The notes: generated from the letters alone by a model not told the origin. A DNA stretch of 44,720 bases from Babesia bigemina (GCF_000981445.1 NW_012237371.1:1-44720); one strand, 5' to 3'; positions 17,801-28,705 are shown, numbered from the stretch's first letter. Made by a program: numbers and translations.

Positions 17801-20371
17801 TTCAGCGGATTCGGTGAGATCGACTCGTAAGGTTTGCATAGCATCCGTGGACTCACGGTAGGCGTTTTCCACTGAAGTTCGAAAGGCTTTCATAGTAATA
17901 TCGAACGTTTCATTTGTCCTGTCGACGGCAACGAAAATGCCATTTAGTTTGTCGAATAATACTTTATACAACTCCTCTATTTTTCCTGCAGCCTTATCTC
18001 CCATTTGTTTAATACTGTCGCTCTCTGCATTGCCATTGTTCAGCATTTCTAACTTCTTAGAAACTTCCGTTTCAATTGTATTTACTGTGGTCTTAATGGA
18101 ACCAGTATGTTTATCTAATGTTCTACCAAGCATCTCTATCTGTCGCTTAACCGTCATAAGTGCGTCATCGAGGGCTTTTCCAAACTTATCTTTGGTGCCC
18201 CCTTCTACGAATTGTTTACCGATATCTTTCACTTTAGATATGGCCTCATCTATTTCTTTTGCAATAGCGCAATTTGCGTTTACCGTTGCTTTGCTGTCAT
18301 CAACGGACAGCCATACCAGTTCTGTTGTAGCTTTGGAGGCCTTCTCCACCAGTTGTGGAGCGATGCGGTAAATGGCTGATGTGAGAAGGCTCTTGTCGTG
18401 CTGATCTTGTTTTGCTGTATTCACAATGGTCGAATCTTTCTCAATTAATGCAACCACTTTTTTAACGACTTCAGATTTTCGAAACTCAGTAGCATTCATA
18501 TGAGTATTAATCTGATCGACAAATGAACGGAGACATTTTTTTATATTAGCAACACGTTTGTGGATATCGGAGCCTTCGGTGTTCTGTACTTTAGTGACGC
18601 CGGTGATAACTAATTGCAGTCTTTCGTTAATAGTATCTCTGATGTGTTTTATCACATTTTGCGTTGCCTTCAATTGACCATTTGAACGAAAATAGCTTTT
18701 AGTCACGTTAGTATGCGCATATGCATCAATCGACGAATATACTGGTTCTCCGGATTTGAAAACGTCTTCCAACCATTGTTCAACCTTTGCCTTGAAACTT
18801 TCTCCTTCAAACGTTTTGGCATAATCCTTGACTTTCTTTTCGATATTACCGAGATTGCTTGCTTGTTCACTCTCTACGTATATTCCGTCAACAAGCTTAC
18901 GAATGTGCGCCTGCAACGCCTCCCATTTATTCTCTATACTTTCCTCATTCGTCTCAGTTGTTCCGTTTTTTTGAACACCTTTGCGTATCGCATCAAACTC
19001 TTCATGAGCAAAAGCTGCCAAATTGCTCATTGCCAACGTGTTGGATTTTAAATTTCTATGAATTTCCTCAACCGCATTCCTAATGGTATCGAAATAAAAC
19101 GTTATGTACGATTTGTAATCTACGTCCAATCTGCCAGCCTGCTTCAACGCTTCTTCCAGGAGCCCATTTATTATTTTAAAACGATCTTTCCTTGTTTTAT
19201 TAAGCTCATGAATTCCGTCTAATATCATCGTGAATTTCTGCTCTAACATATATTTGACGTTCTCACTCTGTCTATTTATGTCGTTCTGAAGACGTTTCTT
19301 TTGCTTACGTAACTCATCGTCCACCCTCTTTGCCTGCTCCGCAAATTTTGCGCCGAATGCAGTATTTTTTAAAACATGTACTGCCCCTGCAATCTGATTC
19401 ATTTCGCGTGTTATTTTCATTTTTAATGCGATGTCTAAGGTATCAACATCGTTTTCAATTTCAGTGACCGTTGATGATATACCGTCAACAGTCGACTGCC
19501 AGCGCTGCAACTGTTTTTCTAGGTTTTGAGTGGCATCTATTTCTGTTATTTTTGCGCTTATTTTATCGTCTCTCAAGGTTGCTAATTTAGAATTAACTGC
19601 CTCAGTCCGCTTATTCAACTCGGCAACATAGTCATGAAGTACACGCATCACATGGTCTATGCAAACACCAAATCCATAAACACCATTATGCATATTATCT
19701 AAAATTTTATTAAGGTCAAGTTCAGTTATCAAAGTGTATGTCTTAACGCTTGGATCATCTTTCACCGCACCAAGCACGCCACTCAAAAATCCCATCACCC
19801 CGTCACACAGCCTGTCCAAGTCAGAGTACACAATCCCAGTGCCGTCGTAGCCTTTGGAAGATGGGGAGTAACCAAGAAAAGTCTGAAGACCGTCACATAA
19901 ATGCGTTAAAATATTACTATTAGGGTTATTTCCGAGATCATCAGTAAATGTTTCAAGCTTATCTTTAAGATCATCAAGTTGTTTCTGACGCTCAGTAATT
20001 TCATCATAGGCTTTCTGCTTGGAACCGTCACGGTAATAAGTGTGGTTATTTTGGCAGCGTTGTTTTTGTTTTTCAAGTTCAGTTATTGGAATTTGAGTTT
20101 TAGGATGAACAGAATTTTTAGCGTCCTTGGCTTCCTTAATCAGCCTATCATAATACTGGCAAGTGGACTCATTTCCCTTATACTTAACAGGGCATTCAAG
20201 TTTAGATTTTTCGGCTTCGAGGGACTTTTCAGCCTTATTTATGGCCTCCTCAATCAACTTTTTCAAAGCTTCAGCCAAATGCTTAAGACCATCACCACCA
20301 TCACCATTCCCATACCTAACCTGGATCAACCAGTCGATGGACTCAGTCAGAAGGGAAGTGAAGGGTGACAA
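14879..20371 (-). CDS. Gene 3: VESA1-like variant surface antigen, tail type A; leader ATG out of frame
   Basis: 1830-aa frame from TTG. The N-terminus has ESIDWLIQV, resembling the VESA N-terminal NLKEAIDW-type motif. Leader ATG 20405 reads MTSLDHNNNLCLVTLHFPSD*; first in-frame ATG is 19795. Confidence 0.8.
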   Translation of the reverse strand: MSPFTSLLTESIDWLIQVRYGNGDGGDGLKHLAEALKKLIEEAINKAEKSLEAEKSKLECPVKYKGNESTCQYYDRLIKEAKDAKNSVHPKTQIPITELEKQKQRCQNNHTYYRDGSKQKAYDEITERQKQLDDLKDKLETFTDDLGNNPNSNILTHLCDGLQTFLGYSPSSKGYDGTGIVYSDLDRLCDGVMGFLSGVLGAVKDDPSVKTYTLITELDLNKILDNMHNGVYGFGVCIDHVMRVLHDYVAELNKRTEAVNSKLATLRDDKISAKITEIDATQNLEKQLQRWQSTVDGISSTVTEIENDVDTLDIALKMKITREMNQIAGAVHVLKNTAFGAKFAEQAKRVDDELRKQKKRLQNDINRQSENVKYMLEQKFTMILDGIHELNKTRKDRFKIINGLLEEALKQAGRLDVDYKSYITFYFDTIRNAVEEIHRNLKSNTLAMSNLAAFAHEEFDAIRKGVQKNGTTETNEESIENKWEALQAHIRKLVDGIYVESEQASNLGNIEKKVKDYAKTFEGESFKAKVEQWLEDVFKSGEPVYSSIDAYAHTNVTKSYFRSNGQLKATQNVIKHIRDTINERLQLVITGVTKVQNTEGSDIHKRVANIKKCLRSFVDQINTHMNATEFRKSEVVKKVVALIEKDSTIVNTAKQDQHDKSLLTSAIYRIAPQLVEKASKATTELVWLSVDDSKATVNANCAIAKEIDEAISKVKDIGKQFVEGGTKDKFGKALDDALMTVKRQIEMLGRTLDKHTGSIKTTVNTIETEVSKKLEMLNNGNAESDSIKQMGDKAAGKIEELYKVLFDKLNGIFVAVDRTNETFDITMKAFRTSVENAYRESTDAMQTLRVDLTESAEQAFNKVSDEMQILFADNHRAHLNALGALVNEPISVINKIINDDLNTGVKGLLKLMLKDDGDMLLKLKNHTDLVTSEKLPNLSWRFKDYVDAIAMYVEYQAKTPHMPKEDTQQSVHVKNIKDKFDDLLQHLCLHDKKRNCVFDDKFSKLCNHLSSSLDPQALPDAGRPVLKALRDGMLGFVEELEKGYVSRYDGGESIKQWVSKGEKEVLTPEGKNGAKVFLTILGILLNDLMSLSETCKQAQFKPIHSAYNKYNSIIADFFSSHGYKVPKLRDSHESELSNKQECTGTDIYRKINDKKFSIFQIAHLQQWLTEKNKEWYIATSDVTKMSLLDILHFLYDCLENYYSVSHLRHIERPKSPSSVYDMLRWLTGLPHNTVFAKVSVGDIGQLFEKPEEEKNDDTVGISVVDDDEQLPAYPAPVTAANIRGALQNVCVDAEDVLIGILGYGHAEGIYAVDFNTNPDGFSYPAAPGACFDMLVDILKRLYDQLFFLFIQCQRTYEANSWRDCWYGRGIAGSSWTCNEKQCANQNCPQIADQKADQKRDQIAKQTCDQHPNCGLKSPLQSFLEDGLQGFLPHSFTKPGCKLECTVSNHRGLPCKTPMGFKDISVTASHTRKGEHLMRALEGFCGESDSPLNKLCGDLACLLQQPPQNLGDMFAFYFCFVNGWGKNAPLHKSNAFIDAVRKANFGDYSKTLEIAPLFENSHHMRNQESTHTKGDLYCLYSCDYEGEVQITCGRYMAPIGLKTWHVFSSQNADKYLSWIIYLTETFYSYLENLYKECCEKCNKKGTRCHDTRCVKNCHVKSYYEAQESATESAKTAKPVALSTQKQHDQLCKTIARCPFSRPTLYKYGFVLNSLTNLSGAEYIETKRTCGDLCKTLERVLNKKESAEAPLATLIYRTIPNFLWEIRKPFSYLVLALWLLSLLYLLHIMVIRLDLLHIKSHLHSPSSHRISAQSLLAAARVNKLGRVFYLQP

Positions 20372-20429
20372 GGCACAAGTTATTATTGTGGTCTAAAGAG
20401 GTCATAGCGGTATTATGGCGAGGTGATTC

Positions 20430-21080
20430 GAGCGATGTGGAGTGGATAAAGGGGCGATGTAGAGTGGATAAAGGGGCGATGTAGAGTGGGTTAGGGAGCG
20501 ATGGAGAGTGGATAAGGGGCGATGTAGAGTGGGTTAAGGGGCGATGTAGAGTGGGTTAAGGAACGATGTAGAGTGGGTTAAGGGGCGATGTAGAGTGGGT
20601 AAAGGTGCGATGTAGAGTGGATTAGGGAGCGGTGTAGAGTGGGTTAGGGAGCGATGTAGAGTGGGTAAAGGAGCGATGTGGAGTGGGTAAGGGGGCGATG
20701 TAGAGTGGCTAAAGGAGCGATGTAGAGTGGGTAAAGGGGCGATGTAGAGTGGAGAAAGGAGCGATGTAGAGTGGATAAAGCGGCGATGTAGAGTGGGTTA
20801 GGGAGCGATGTAGAGTGCATAAAGGAGCGATTTAGTGTGGATAAAGGGGCGATGTAGAGTGGGTTAGGGAGCGATGTAGAGTGGGTCAAGGGGCGATGTG
20901 GAGTGGATAAAGGGGCGATGTAGAGTGGGTTAAGGGCGATGTAGAGTGGGTTAAGGGCGATGTAGAGTGGATAAAGGGGCGATGTGGAGTGGATAAGGAG
21001 CGATGTAGAGTGGATAAAGGGGCGATGTGGAGTGGATAAGGGGCGATGTAGAGTGGGTTAAGGAGCGACGTAGAGTGGAT
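20430..21080 (+). repeat. 22-bp minisatellite array upstream of gene 3 (~30 units)
   Basis: Same consensus. Confidence 0.97.
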
Positions 21081-21094
21081 AATAATCACCACTT

Positions 21095-21617
21095 GTGACC
21101 ATGTCATCGCTGCCGTGTCCATGTCATCGCTGCCGTGACCATGTCATCGCTGCCGTAACCATGTCATCGCTGCCGTCACCATGTCATCGCTGCCGTGTCC
21201 ATGTCATCGCTGCCGTGACCATGTCATCGCTGCCGTGTCCATGTCATCGCTGTCGTAACCATGTCATCGCTGCCGTGTCCATGACATCGCTGCCGTAACC
21301 ATGTCATCGCTGCCGTGACCAAGAAATCGCTGCCGTAACCATGTCCTCGCTGCCGTGACCAAGAAATCGCTGCCGTAACCATGTCCTCGCTGCCGTGACC
21401 ATGTCATCGCTGCCGTAGCCATGTCATCGCTGCCGTGATTATGTCATCGCTGCCGTGTCCATTAACTGTCATCGCTGCCGTGTCCATGTCATCGCTGCCT
21501 TAACCATGTCATCGCTGCCGTGACCATGTCATCGCTGCCGTGACCATGTCATCGCTGCCGTGACCATGTCATCGCTGCCGTGACCATGTCATCGCTGCCG
21601 TGACCATGTCATCGCTA
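21095..21617 (+). repeat. 20-bp minisatellite array
   Basis: Same consensus. Confidence 0.95.
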
Positions 21618-21631
21618 CAGTAAGCATCAAC

Positions 21632-21925
21632 TTAGCCTGTTTGCTAGGTTAGCACTTTGCCTGGGTGCTAGCTTAGCACGTAGCCTGTGTGCTAGCTTAG
21701 CACTTTGCCTGGTTGCTAGGTTGACACGTTGCCTGGGTGCTAGGTTAACACTTTGCCTGGGTGCTAGCTTAGCACTTTGCCTGGGTGCCAGCTTAGCACG
21801 TTGCCTGGGTGCTAGCTTAGCACTTTGCCTGGGTGCCAGCTTAGCACGTTGCCTGGGTGCTAGCTCAACACGTTGCCTGGGTGCTAGGTTAGCACTTCAC
21901 CTGGTTGCTAGGTCAACACGTTGCT
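21632..21925 (+). repeat. 24-bp minisatellite GCCTGGGTGCTAGCTTAGCACTTT downstream of gene 4 (type B)
   Basis: 24-bp periodicity; internal inverted repeat GTGCTA-GCT-TAGCAC. Confidence 0.95.
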
Positions 21926-22070
21926 TCGTCTATCACTCATCACTTAATCTCAACGCTATTTAGTTCACAGGTTACTGCTAGAGTAATTCGAGACATTAGA
22001 CTACGTTTGTCGGTTAGGTGAGTAGGTGAGTTATTACGTGAGTTTATGTGAATTACAAACGTGAATACAA

Positions 22071-25000
22071 TTACGGTTGTAGATACGATATCTTGGCAAG
22101 CCTTCCGACTTGCGCTGCAGCCAACAATGATTGCGCCGTTATGCTGTGCGACGACGGTATCCTCAGGTGTGAGCGTATGTGGAGCACGTCCAGTCTGCCA
22201 ACCATCACGCAGATGAGGTAGAAGAGGGACAGCGACCAGAGTGCGACGTTCATCCATATGAACGGCTGCCTGATGATCCAGAGGAAATTATCGCACTCCT
22301 CAAATAGTTTTGCGAAATACTGCGATTCAAGCACCGACTTCAGCTGTTGATGGAAATGATGGCAATATTTTTTACCTTCTTTTGCTAGAAGTGTTTCAGG
22401 ATTGCCAAACGTGAATCCGTAATTGTAGAAAGTGCTTTGTACGCCACGGCATTCAACAAGTCCACGGCACTGGCAGTTGTCGACACCGTGCTGTCCTTTC
22501 TTACATTTGACTCCATGGATGCATTTCGAACATCCCCAGTCTTGGCAAGATATGCTGCAAAAGGCTTGTAGCAGGGCTTTAAGATAACCGTAGAATGTCC
22601 ATGGGAGGTACACTGCCCATGAGAGGTATAAGTTACAATGTTTATCGGCGAAGTAACGATATTCTTCCAAGCACAGAGTTGAAAGATATGGACCGCAGTG
22701 CAGCTTATCGCTACTAGCATATGTACATGACGTTGACGTAGACAGCGTACAGAGGTCTGCATTTTTTGCCTCTGGATGGCTTTCACGCTTATGGCTGCTC
22801 CGTACGTCACCGTACGCGTTACGTAGCGCAGCTGTGAGATCGCTGGGTTGTTCAAAAAGACGAATAGATTGCTCCGTGACGGCGGCTTCAATATTTGTTT
22901 TAAGAGAATGCGTGCCGTTTGATTGCCAATTCCTGACAAGTGACATCGTAAAAGCAAAGTGTTGCGACAATGTTGAGGGCGGTTTAGGAATAAGGCCAAA
23001 GAGGCACGAAGCGACCCCGTTACCGAGGAATTTGGTCAGCACTTTACATAGCTCTTTGCCTGTCTTCTTGCTTCCAGTGAAGCCTCTGAACCCAAGTGGT
23101 GTTATACATGGCGCACCGGGTAGGCTTTTGGGACACGTCTTACATTCCGATTTGCAGCCAGTGGAAGTGAGCTCATGAGGCAAGTGACCGGGTAGGCAGT
23201 CACGTAGGAAGGATTGAAGAGGCGATGTCGATTGGCACTCAACTTCAGTCTTTGAGTGCTCATTACATGGCCACGTTGATGATTTCACATCTCTGCCATA
23301 CGTACAGTCCGACCAACCGTGGTACTTAGCGGCAAAGCCACATCGGGTAAGCAAGAATTGGAAAACTGGTACAATTCTACGGAGATGTTCAATTAACGTG
23401 TTCAGGCAGTCAACGCTCGATGAAGGGTATGCGAAATTATGCGTATTACAATAGAAGTCAACGGCGTACGTAGTATACTCGTTTCCATACCCGACGATGC
23501 TGGTGAGAAGAACGGGTGCCAGCGAAGTTACATGTACGATAGCATTATGTACTTCTGTATACGTGATATTCTGTGGGTATGCTGCCAACTTGTTAGCAGT
23601 TTGGTCCTCGAATGAGATACCGTCGACCTCATTGGTTCCGGCGATTTTATTTTCCCGCTTATCGAACAAGTCACTAAACTCATCGGATATAAAGTTGAGA
23701 TATACTGAACTGTATTGCAGACTCGTAAGCCAGCAGAGCATTTCGTAGATATTACACGGCGACTTCTTCGACCCTGCAGTGGAGATGTGACGAATGCGGT
23801 AATAAGTCGTAAGGCAGTCGTATAGGTTCTCAAGCTGGAATTTGTAATTCTTATTCTTGTGGTAAACGTGACCGTAATTTTCGCCTACAAGTAGACTCAT
23901 GATCTTTGTACCGTTGGCATTCTTGTCCAAGTGACCATTCTGCTCGGTCTCATTGTTGGACACGCCGTAGCCGCTATTTTGCAAAAATGTGCCTAAACTG
24001 CTACCAGCATATATTCTACTTGTTGACCACTTGTGGATGGTACGATTTTTCAAGTACCTCAAATCTTCGTTGTATATCTCCAAGATGGACAGGAACACCT
24101 TGGACAACTGAGTGCCATACGGCGTTACTTTATTCTTTTCGACGAGCTCAGCACCGAAAGTCTCACTATCATACACGCTCACGTACGCCTTGTCGAGCTC
24201 ATCGCACATCCTCTGCACGCCCTTTTTGAGACACTCGAGCAGGGGGTTGCTGTCGTCGGCGTAGGATGCGGGGCGGATGGTTGCGAGGAGGGAGGAAAGG
24301 GCGGAGAGGTGGGTGAGGAATTTGTGATTGTACTTTGTTATTTTGTTAAGCATGGTTCTCACAGCTTTGCCAATTTGAGAAAGTGCGTTGTGCTTGGCGC
24401 CGATATCGTCACTTGAGGCTACTTTTTCAAGCAGGTCACCTATGAATGATGTTGCCGGGCGAGAGAAAGACGCTAGGTTGGTCAAGTCAGCGCGTTGAAG
24501 ATGCATCTCAGAGAATGTTGCTAACTGCTTCATAAACCCTTTCGCACCCTTGTCGGCGTCCTTTGTTATTTCATCGGGTAGCCCATAGAGGTCATTCTTG
24601 CATTTGCTGGAGAACTCTGTTAGAAGCAATTTGATAAAGGCGATATACCTTTTACGTAATTCATGAATGATATCAGTTTCGCCTTTTGTCACTTCAATGT
24701 TTGCGTCCTGCTCGAGATCTTTGACGATTTGTTCTCCGGCTTTGTCGGCGAATTGAGTGAGGAAATTGTTCGTCAAGCCGATGACAGCGCCCAGCTGAGT
24801 TGTTCGAAGGTCATCAATCAGGCCATGAATGCGTTTTAAATTAACGTCAATTTTCGTACTTTTCAGTACATTCAAATTTATTTGAACGTCTTCTGCGGCG
24901 CGTTTAACGTCACGGCAAAGAGCGTCAAGAGTTTTGGTGACCAGCTCTAACTGTTGTCCGGCTTGCTCGTTGAGGTCGGAAATAGATTTCAACGCGATGT

Positions 25001-27503
25001 CTGCAACCTGCTCCCTAATATCTTTTATCTTAATTGGAAGTTCACCGTTTAGGTTTTCTATATTCCCCTGCGAGGTGGCTACGGTATCTTGGTTAACGTG
25101 CCTTTCAAAAGTAGTGAATGTTTTAGGAGCAATAGTGGAAATTTTGTTGCCTTGCACACCTGCACTGGTCATGTCATCCACTCCAATCTCCTTGTTGAGT
25201 ACGCTTTCTCCACCGTCGGTTTTGAAATCGCCGTCTTTGAGGTTTTTCTCGTAGGTCCCGTGGAAATTGGACATAAGATCACTGCCGAGTTTATAATTGT
25301 TTACTTCGCCATTCGTCTTAAAAAACTCGCTGTCGAATTGACCATGATAATTCGTAATGGCAATTTTAATGTTTTTATCAAAATCTCTAACTAGCCAAGC
25401 GAGTCCTTTAGCGTCTTCCTTCGCGCCTTCGTAGTACTCAACTTTATCGCCATCCTGATCCTTTTGTACACCACTGCTAATTTTCTTCACCTTAACATCC
25501 ATGACTCCTGCCAGCGCCTGTACATCCGTCTTCACCTTTGTGTTGATCCCTTGCATGACTGCTTTGACTACCTTGTCAGAGTGAGAGGCTACAGCTTTAG
25601 CAATTGCACCTAATGCAGTGAATAAAGATTTTACATCTTGTTTTGTAATTTGTTCCGCGACGGTAGCGCTAAGAGTATCTATTTGAGAAAACGCCCGTTT
25701 GAACTCCTTTTTAAAATCGTCGAATATGATGTTCCCCAGTAGTGTTTTTACCTCAGTAAGATCGGGTAGCTTATCGAGTGTGTTAACAGTGGATAGTGAT
25801 TTGAGCGCCTCAGCGATTCCATCCTTAATCGGTGATTTTCTAAGTTCATCTTGTAGGTTATTCCCGCCTGCATACGATGCAAGTCTTTCTAACATCTGTT
25901 CACCTATCTTCGTAATACCCGTCTGAAGTTTCGACATGACTTCTTCGTCCAGTATCTTGAAATATACTTTGAGCTTTTGAAAAGGATCGTTGTTACCCCT
26001 AAATGCGTGAATAAATTTCATGTCGGCTGTGCCAACATTTTCCAGCTCTTTAAGTCTTCCAACGTCACCATGAAGTGCCTGAATTGCTCCATCGATAGCT
26101 TGCTTAGTGGCAGCAAATTGTTTAGAAAACGTTTCTACACCACCTACAATGGGATGCAAGCCACTTTTAATCTTTCCCTTCAACGTCGTCAAATCCTGTT
26201 TCACATTTGTTTCCAACGTCTTACCTAATGCCACAACTGCTTTTTTTATGTTAGCTTTAACCTTCCACAAATCTTGCTTAAGCGCATCATTCATCGTTAT
26301 CACCTGCGTAAGCGCCAAGCTAACTTTCTCCTGAACAGTTTTTTTTGCCGCCTCTCCAGCTCTAAAAAGCTCCTCCGCTTTCATCCTCAACTCTCTTGCA
26401 GCGTTGTCAATTTTGTTGCGTTTGACATTGGTGTCACCGCCGTTGTCCCACTTGATTTCCTCCAATATTTTCTGCGCATTAACCCGCGGGTGTTCATCTA
26501 TGAACTTTTTAACATCTTTCATCCACTTCTCTAACTTCTCGAGATGCTTAGTTAAGTCGACATTTATGTCCACCAGTTTAGTCTGCATTTCACGAACCCT
26601 ATCTTTCAGCCTCTCGACAAGATCTTTCACTTTTTTTTTAATATGCTCATTTACCTTACATTTAACGTCGTGAAGCTTTGTTTTAATTTCTGCTTCCATA
26701 CTGTGTAAATCATTCTTTTCATGTTCTGCCAACTTGTTCAATCGTTTACTCTCATGCTTAATATTTTCACGCACATTCTCTATTTTAGTTATCAAATTAG
26801 GATTTAAGTCTTTCATTGCGTTTCTTAGTTCCTCCGCATTATTTTTCATATCTAAAGCTGTATTAAATTCGTCGGCTTTTTTTAGACATTCTGCCACTGT
26901 CTCATTGGCGGCTTCGATGAGATTACCAATTTTCACGGGGTCATCCGCATTTCGTGGAGGCAACAATTTTTCTAATCTTTCTGCTGAATATTTATCTGCA
27001 TCTTTCTGCATTTTTGTTAATACATCACTCACCTTTTTATTAGACTTCATGACAGCATCATTATACCCCCGCACCCCTGCGACCACCTCTCCAATCGCAG
27101 CATTAAAACCGTTTTTACCAAGCTGTTTATTGGTGTTAAGGATGTTAATTGCACTATCTAAAGTACTTTTATGCTGCCCTAAATGCTTGTGGATGTTACT
27201 GAGCACACCATGCAAAAATCCCATCACCCCGTCACACAGCCTGTCCAGGTCGGAGTAGACAATCCCAGAGCCAGTGTAGCCTTTGGAGTCAGAGGAGAAA
27301 CCGAGGAAAGTTTCGAGGCCAGTGCAGAGGTTATTAAGGATGTTAGTAGGGTTGTTATTTGAGGTAATTTCGCACTTTTTATTTTCATCAAATTTCTGGT
27401 CAAGCTCCCTAGGCGGCACATGGTCAGGGCAGTGGCAAGAGGTGGAGGAAGGAAAGTGAAGGGTGACAAGGCACAAGTTATTAGGATGGTTTATAGAGGT
27501 CAT
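22071..27503 (-). CDS. Gene 4: VESA1-like variant surface antigen, tail type B
   Basis: 1810-aa ORF intact from leader ATG; tail MVGRLDVLHIRSHLRIPSSHSITAQSLLAAAQVGRLAKISYLQP. Confidence 0.85.
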   Translation of the reverse strand: MTSINHPNNLCLVTLHFPSSTSCHCPDHVPPRELDQKFDENKKCEITSNNNPTNILNNLCTGLETFLGFSSDSKGYTGSGIVYSDLDRLCDGVMGFLHGVLSNIHKHLGQHKSTLDSAINILNTNKQLGKNGFNAAIGEVVAGVRGYNDAVMKSNKKVSDVLTKMQKDADKYSAERLEKLLPPRNADDPVKIGNLIEAANETVAECLKKADEFNTALDMKNNAEELRNAMKDLNPNLITKIENVRENIKHESKRLNKLAEHEKNDLHSMEAEIKTKLHDVKCKVNEHIKKKVKDLVERLKDRVREMQTKLVDINVDLTKHLEKLEKWMKDVKKFIDEHPRVNAQKILEEIKWDNGGDTNVKRNKIDNAARELRMKAEELFRAGEAAKKTVQEKVSLALTQVITMNDALKQDLWKVKANIKKAVVALGKTLETNVKQDLTTLKGKIKSGLHPIVGGVETFSKQFAATKQAIDGAIQALHGDVGRLKELENVGTADMKFIHAFRGNNDPFQKLKVYFKILDEEVMSKLQTGITKIGEQMLERLASYAGGNNLQDELRKSPIKDGIAEALKSLSTVNTLDKLPDLTEVKTLLGNIIFDDFKKEFKRAFSQIDTLSATVAEQITKQDVKSLFTALGAIAKAVASHSDKVVKAVMQGINTKVKTDVQALAGVMDVKVKKISSGVQKDQDGDKVEYYEGAKEDAKGLAWLVRDFDKNIKIAITNYHGQFDSEFFKTNGEVNNYKLGSDLMSNFHGTYEKNLKDGDFKTDGGESVLNKEIGVDDMTSAGVQGNKISTIAPKTFTTFERHVNQDTVATSQGNIENLNGELPIKIKDIREQVADIALKSISDLNEQAGQQLELVTKTLDALCRDVKRAAEDVQINLNVLKSTKIDVNLKRIHGLIDDLRTTQLGAVIGLTNNFLTQFADKAGEQIVKDLEQDANIEVTKGETDIIHELRKRYIAFIKLLLTEFSSKCKNDLYGLPDEITKDADKGAKGFMKQLATFSEMHLQRADLTNLASFSRPATSFIGDLLEKVASSDDIGAKHNALSQIGKAVRTMLNKITKYNHKFLTHLSALSSLLATIRPASYADDSNPLLECLKKGVQRMCDELDKAYVSVYDSETFGAELVEKNKVTPYGTQLSKVFLSILEIYNEDLRYLKNRTIHKWSTSRIYAGSSLGTFLQNSGYGVSNNETEQNGHLDKNANGTKIMSLLVGENYGHVYHKNKNYKFQLENLYDCLTTYYRIRHISTAGSKKSPCNIYEMLCWLTSLQYSSVYLNFISDEFSDLFDKRENKIAGTNEVDGISFEDQTANKLAAYPQNITYTEVHNAIVHVTSLAPVLLTSIVGYGNEYTTYAVDFYCNTHNFAYPSSSVDCLNTLIEHLRRIVPVFQFLLTRCGFAAKYHGWSDCTYGRDVKSSTWPCNEHSKTEVECQSTSPLQSFLRDCLPGHLPHELTSTGCKSECKTCPKSLPGAPCITPLGFRGFTGSKKTGKELCKVLTKFLGNGVASCLFGLIPKPPSTLSQHFAFTMSLVRNWQSNGTHSLKTNIEAAVTEQSIRLFEQPSDLTAALRNAYGDVRSSHKRESHPEAKNADLCTLSTSTSCTYASSDKLHCGPYLSTLCLEEYRYFADKHCNLYLSWAVYLPWTFYGYLKALLQAFCSISCQDWGCSKCIHGVKCKKGQHGVDNCQCRGLVECRGVQSTFYNYGFTFGNPETLLAKEGKKYCHHFHQQLKSVLESQYFAKLFEECDNFLWIIRQPFIWMNVALWSLSLFYLICVMVGRLDVLHIRSHLRIPSSHSITAQSLLAAAQVGRLAKISYLQP

Positions 27504-27531
27504 AGGGGTATTATGGCGAGGTGATTCAAAG

Positions 27532-28572
27532 GATGTAGAATGGATAAAGGGGCGATGTAGAGTGGATAAAGGGGCGATGTAGGGTGGATAAAGGGGCGAT
27601 GTAGAGTGGATAAGGGGCGATGTAGAGTGGGTTAAGGGGCGATGTAGAGTGGGTTAAGGGGCGATGTGGAGTGGGTTAGGGAGCGATGTAGAGTGGGTTA
27701 AGGGGCGATGTAGAGTGGGTAAAGGAGCGATGTAGAGTGGTTAAGGGGCGATGTGGAGTGGGTTAAGGAGCGATGTAGAGTGGGTTAAGGGGCGATGTGG
27801 AGTGGGTAAAGGGGCGATGTAGAGTGGATAAAGGGGCGATGTAAGGTGGATAGAGGAGCGATGTAGAGTGGGTAAAGGAGCGATGTAGAGTGGGTAAAGG
27901 GGCGATGTAGAGTGGACAAAGGAGCGATGTAGAGTGGATTAGGGGCGATGTGGAGTGGGTAAAGGGGCGATGTAGAGTGGATAAAGGGGCGATGTAGAGT
28001 GGATAAAGGGGCGATGTAGAGTGGATAAGGAGCGATGTAGAGTGGGTTAAGGAGCGATGTAGAGTGGGTTAAGGAGCGATGTAGAGTGGATAAAGGGGCG
28101 ATGTAGAGTGGATAAAGGGGCGATGTAGAGTGGATAAAGGGGCGATGTAGAGTGGATAAAGGGGCGATGTAGAGTGGGTTAGGGAGCGATGTAGAGTGGA
28201 TAAAGGGGCGATGTGGAGTGGGTTAGGGAGCGATGTGGAGTGGGTTAGGAGCGATGTAGAGTGGGTTAGGGAGCGATGTAGAGTGGGTTAAGGGGCGATG
28301 TAGAGTGGGTTAAGGAGCGATGTAGAGTGGGTAAAGGGGCGATGTAGAGTGGATAAGGGGCGATGTAGAGTGGGTAAAGGGGCGATGTGGAGTGGATAAA
28401 GGGGCGATGTAGAGTGGATAAGGGGCGATCTAGAGTGGGTTAGGGAGCGATGAAGAGTGGGTTAGGGAGCGATGTAGAGTGGGTTAAGGGGCGATGTAGA
28501 GTGGATAAAGGGGCGATGTAGAGTGGGTTAGGGAGCGATGTAGAGTGGACAAAGGAGCGATGTAGAGTGGAT
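27532..28572 (+). repeat. 22-bp minisatellite array upstream of gene 4 (~47 units)
   Basis: Same consensus. Confidence 0.97.
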
Positions 28573-28605
28573 GATAATCACCACTTTGGCCAGGTGCTTG
28601 GTCAC

Positions 28606-28705
28606 CATGTCATCGCTGCCGTAACCAAGACATCGCTGCCGTGACCATCACATCGCTGCCGTGACCATGTCATCGCTGCCGTAACCATGTCATCGCTGCC
28701 GTAAC
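28606..28705 (+). repeat. 20-bp minisatellite, short array (~5 units)
   Basis: Same consensus. Confidence 0.9.
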
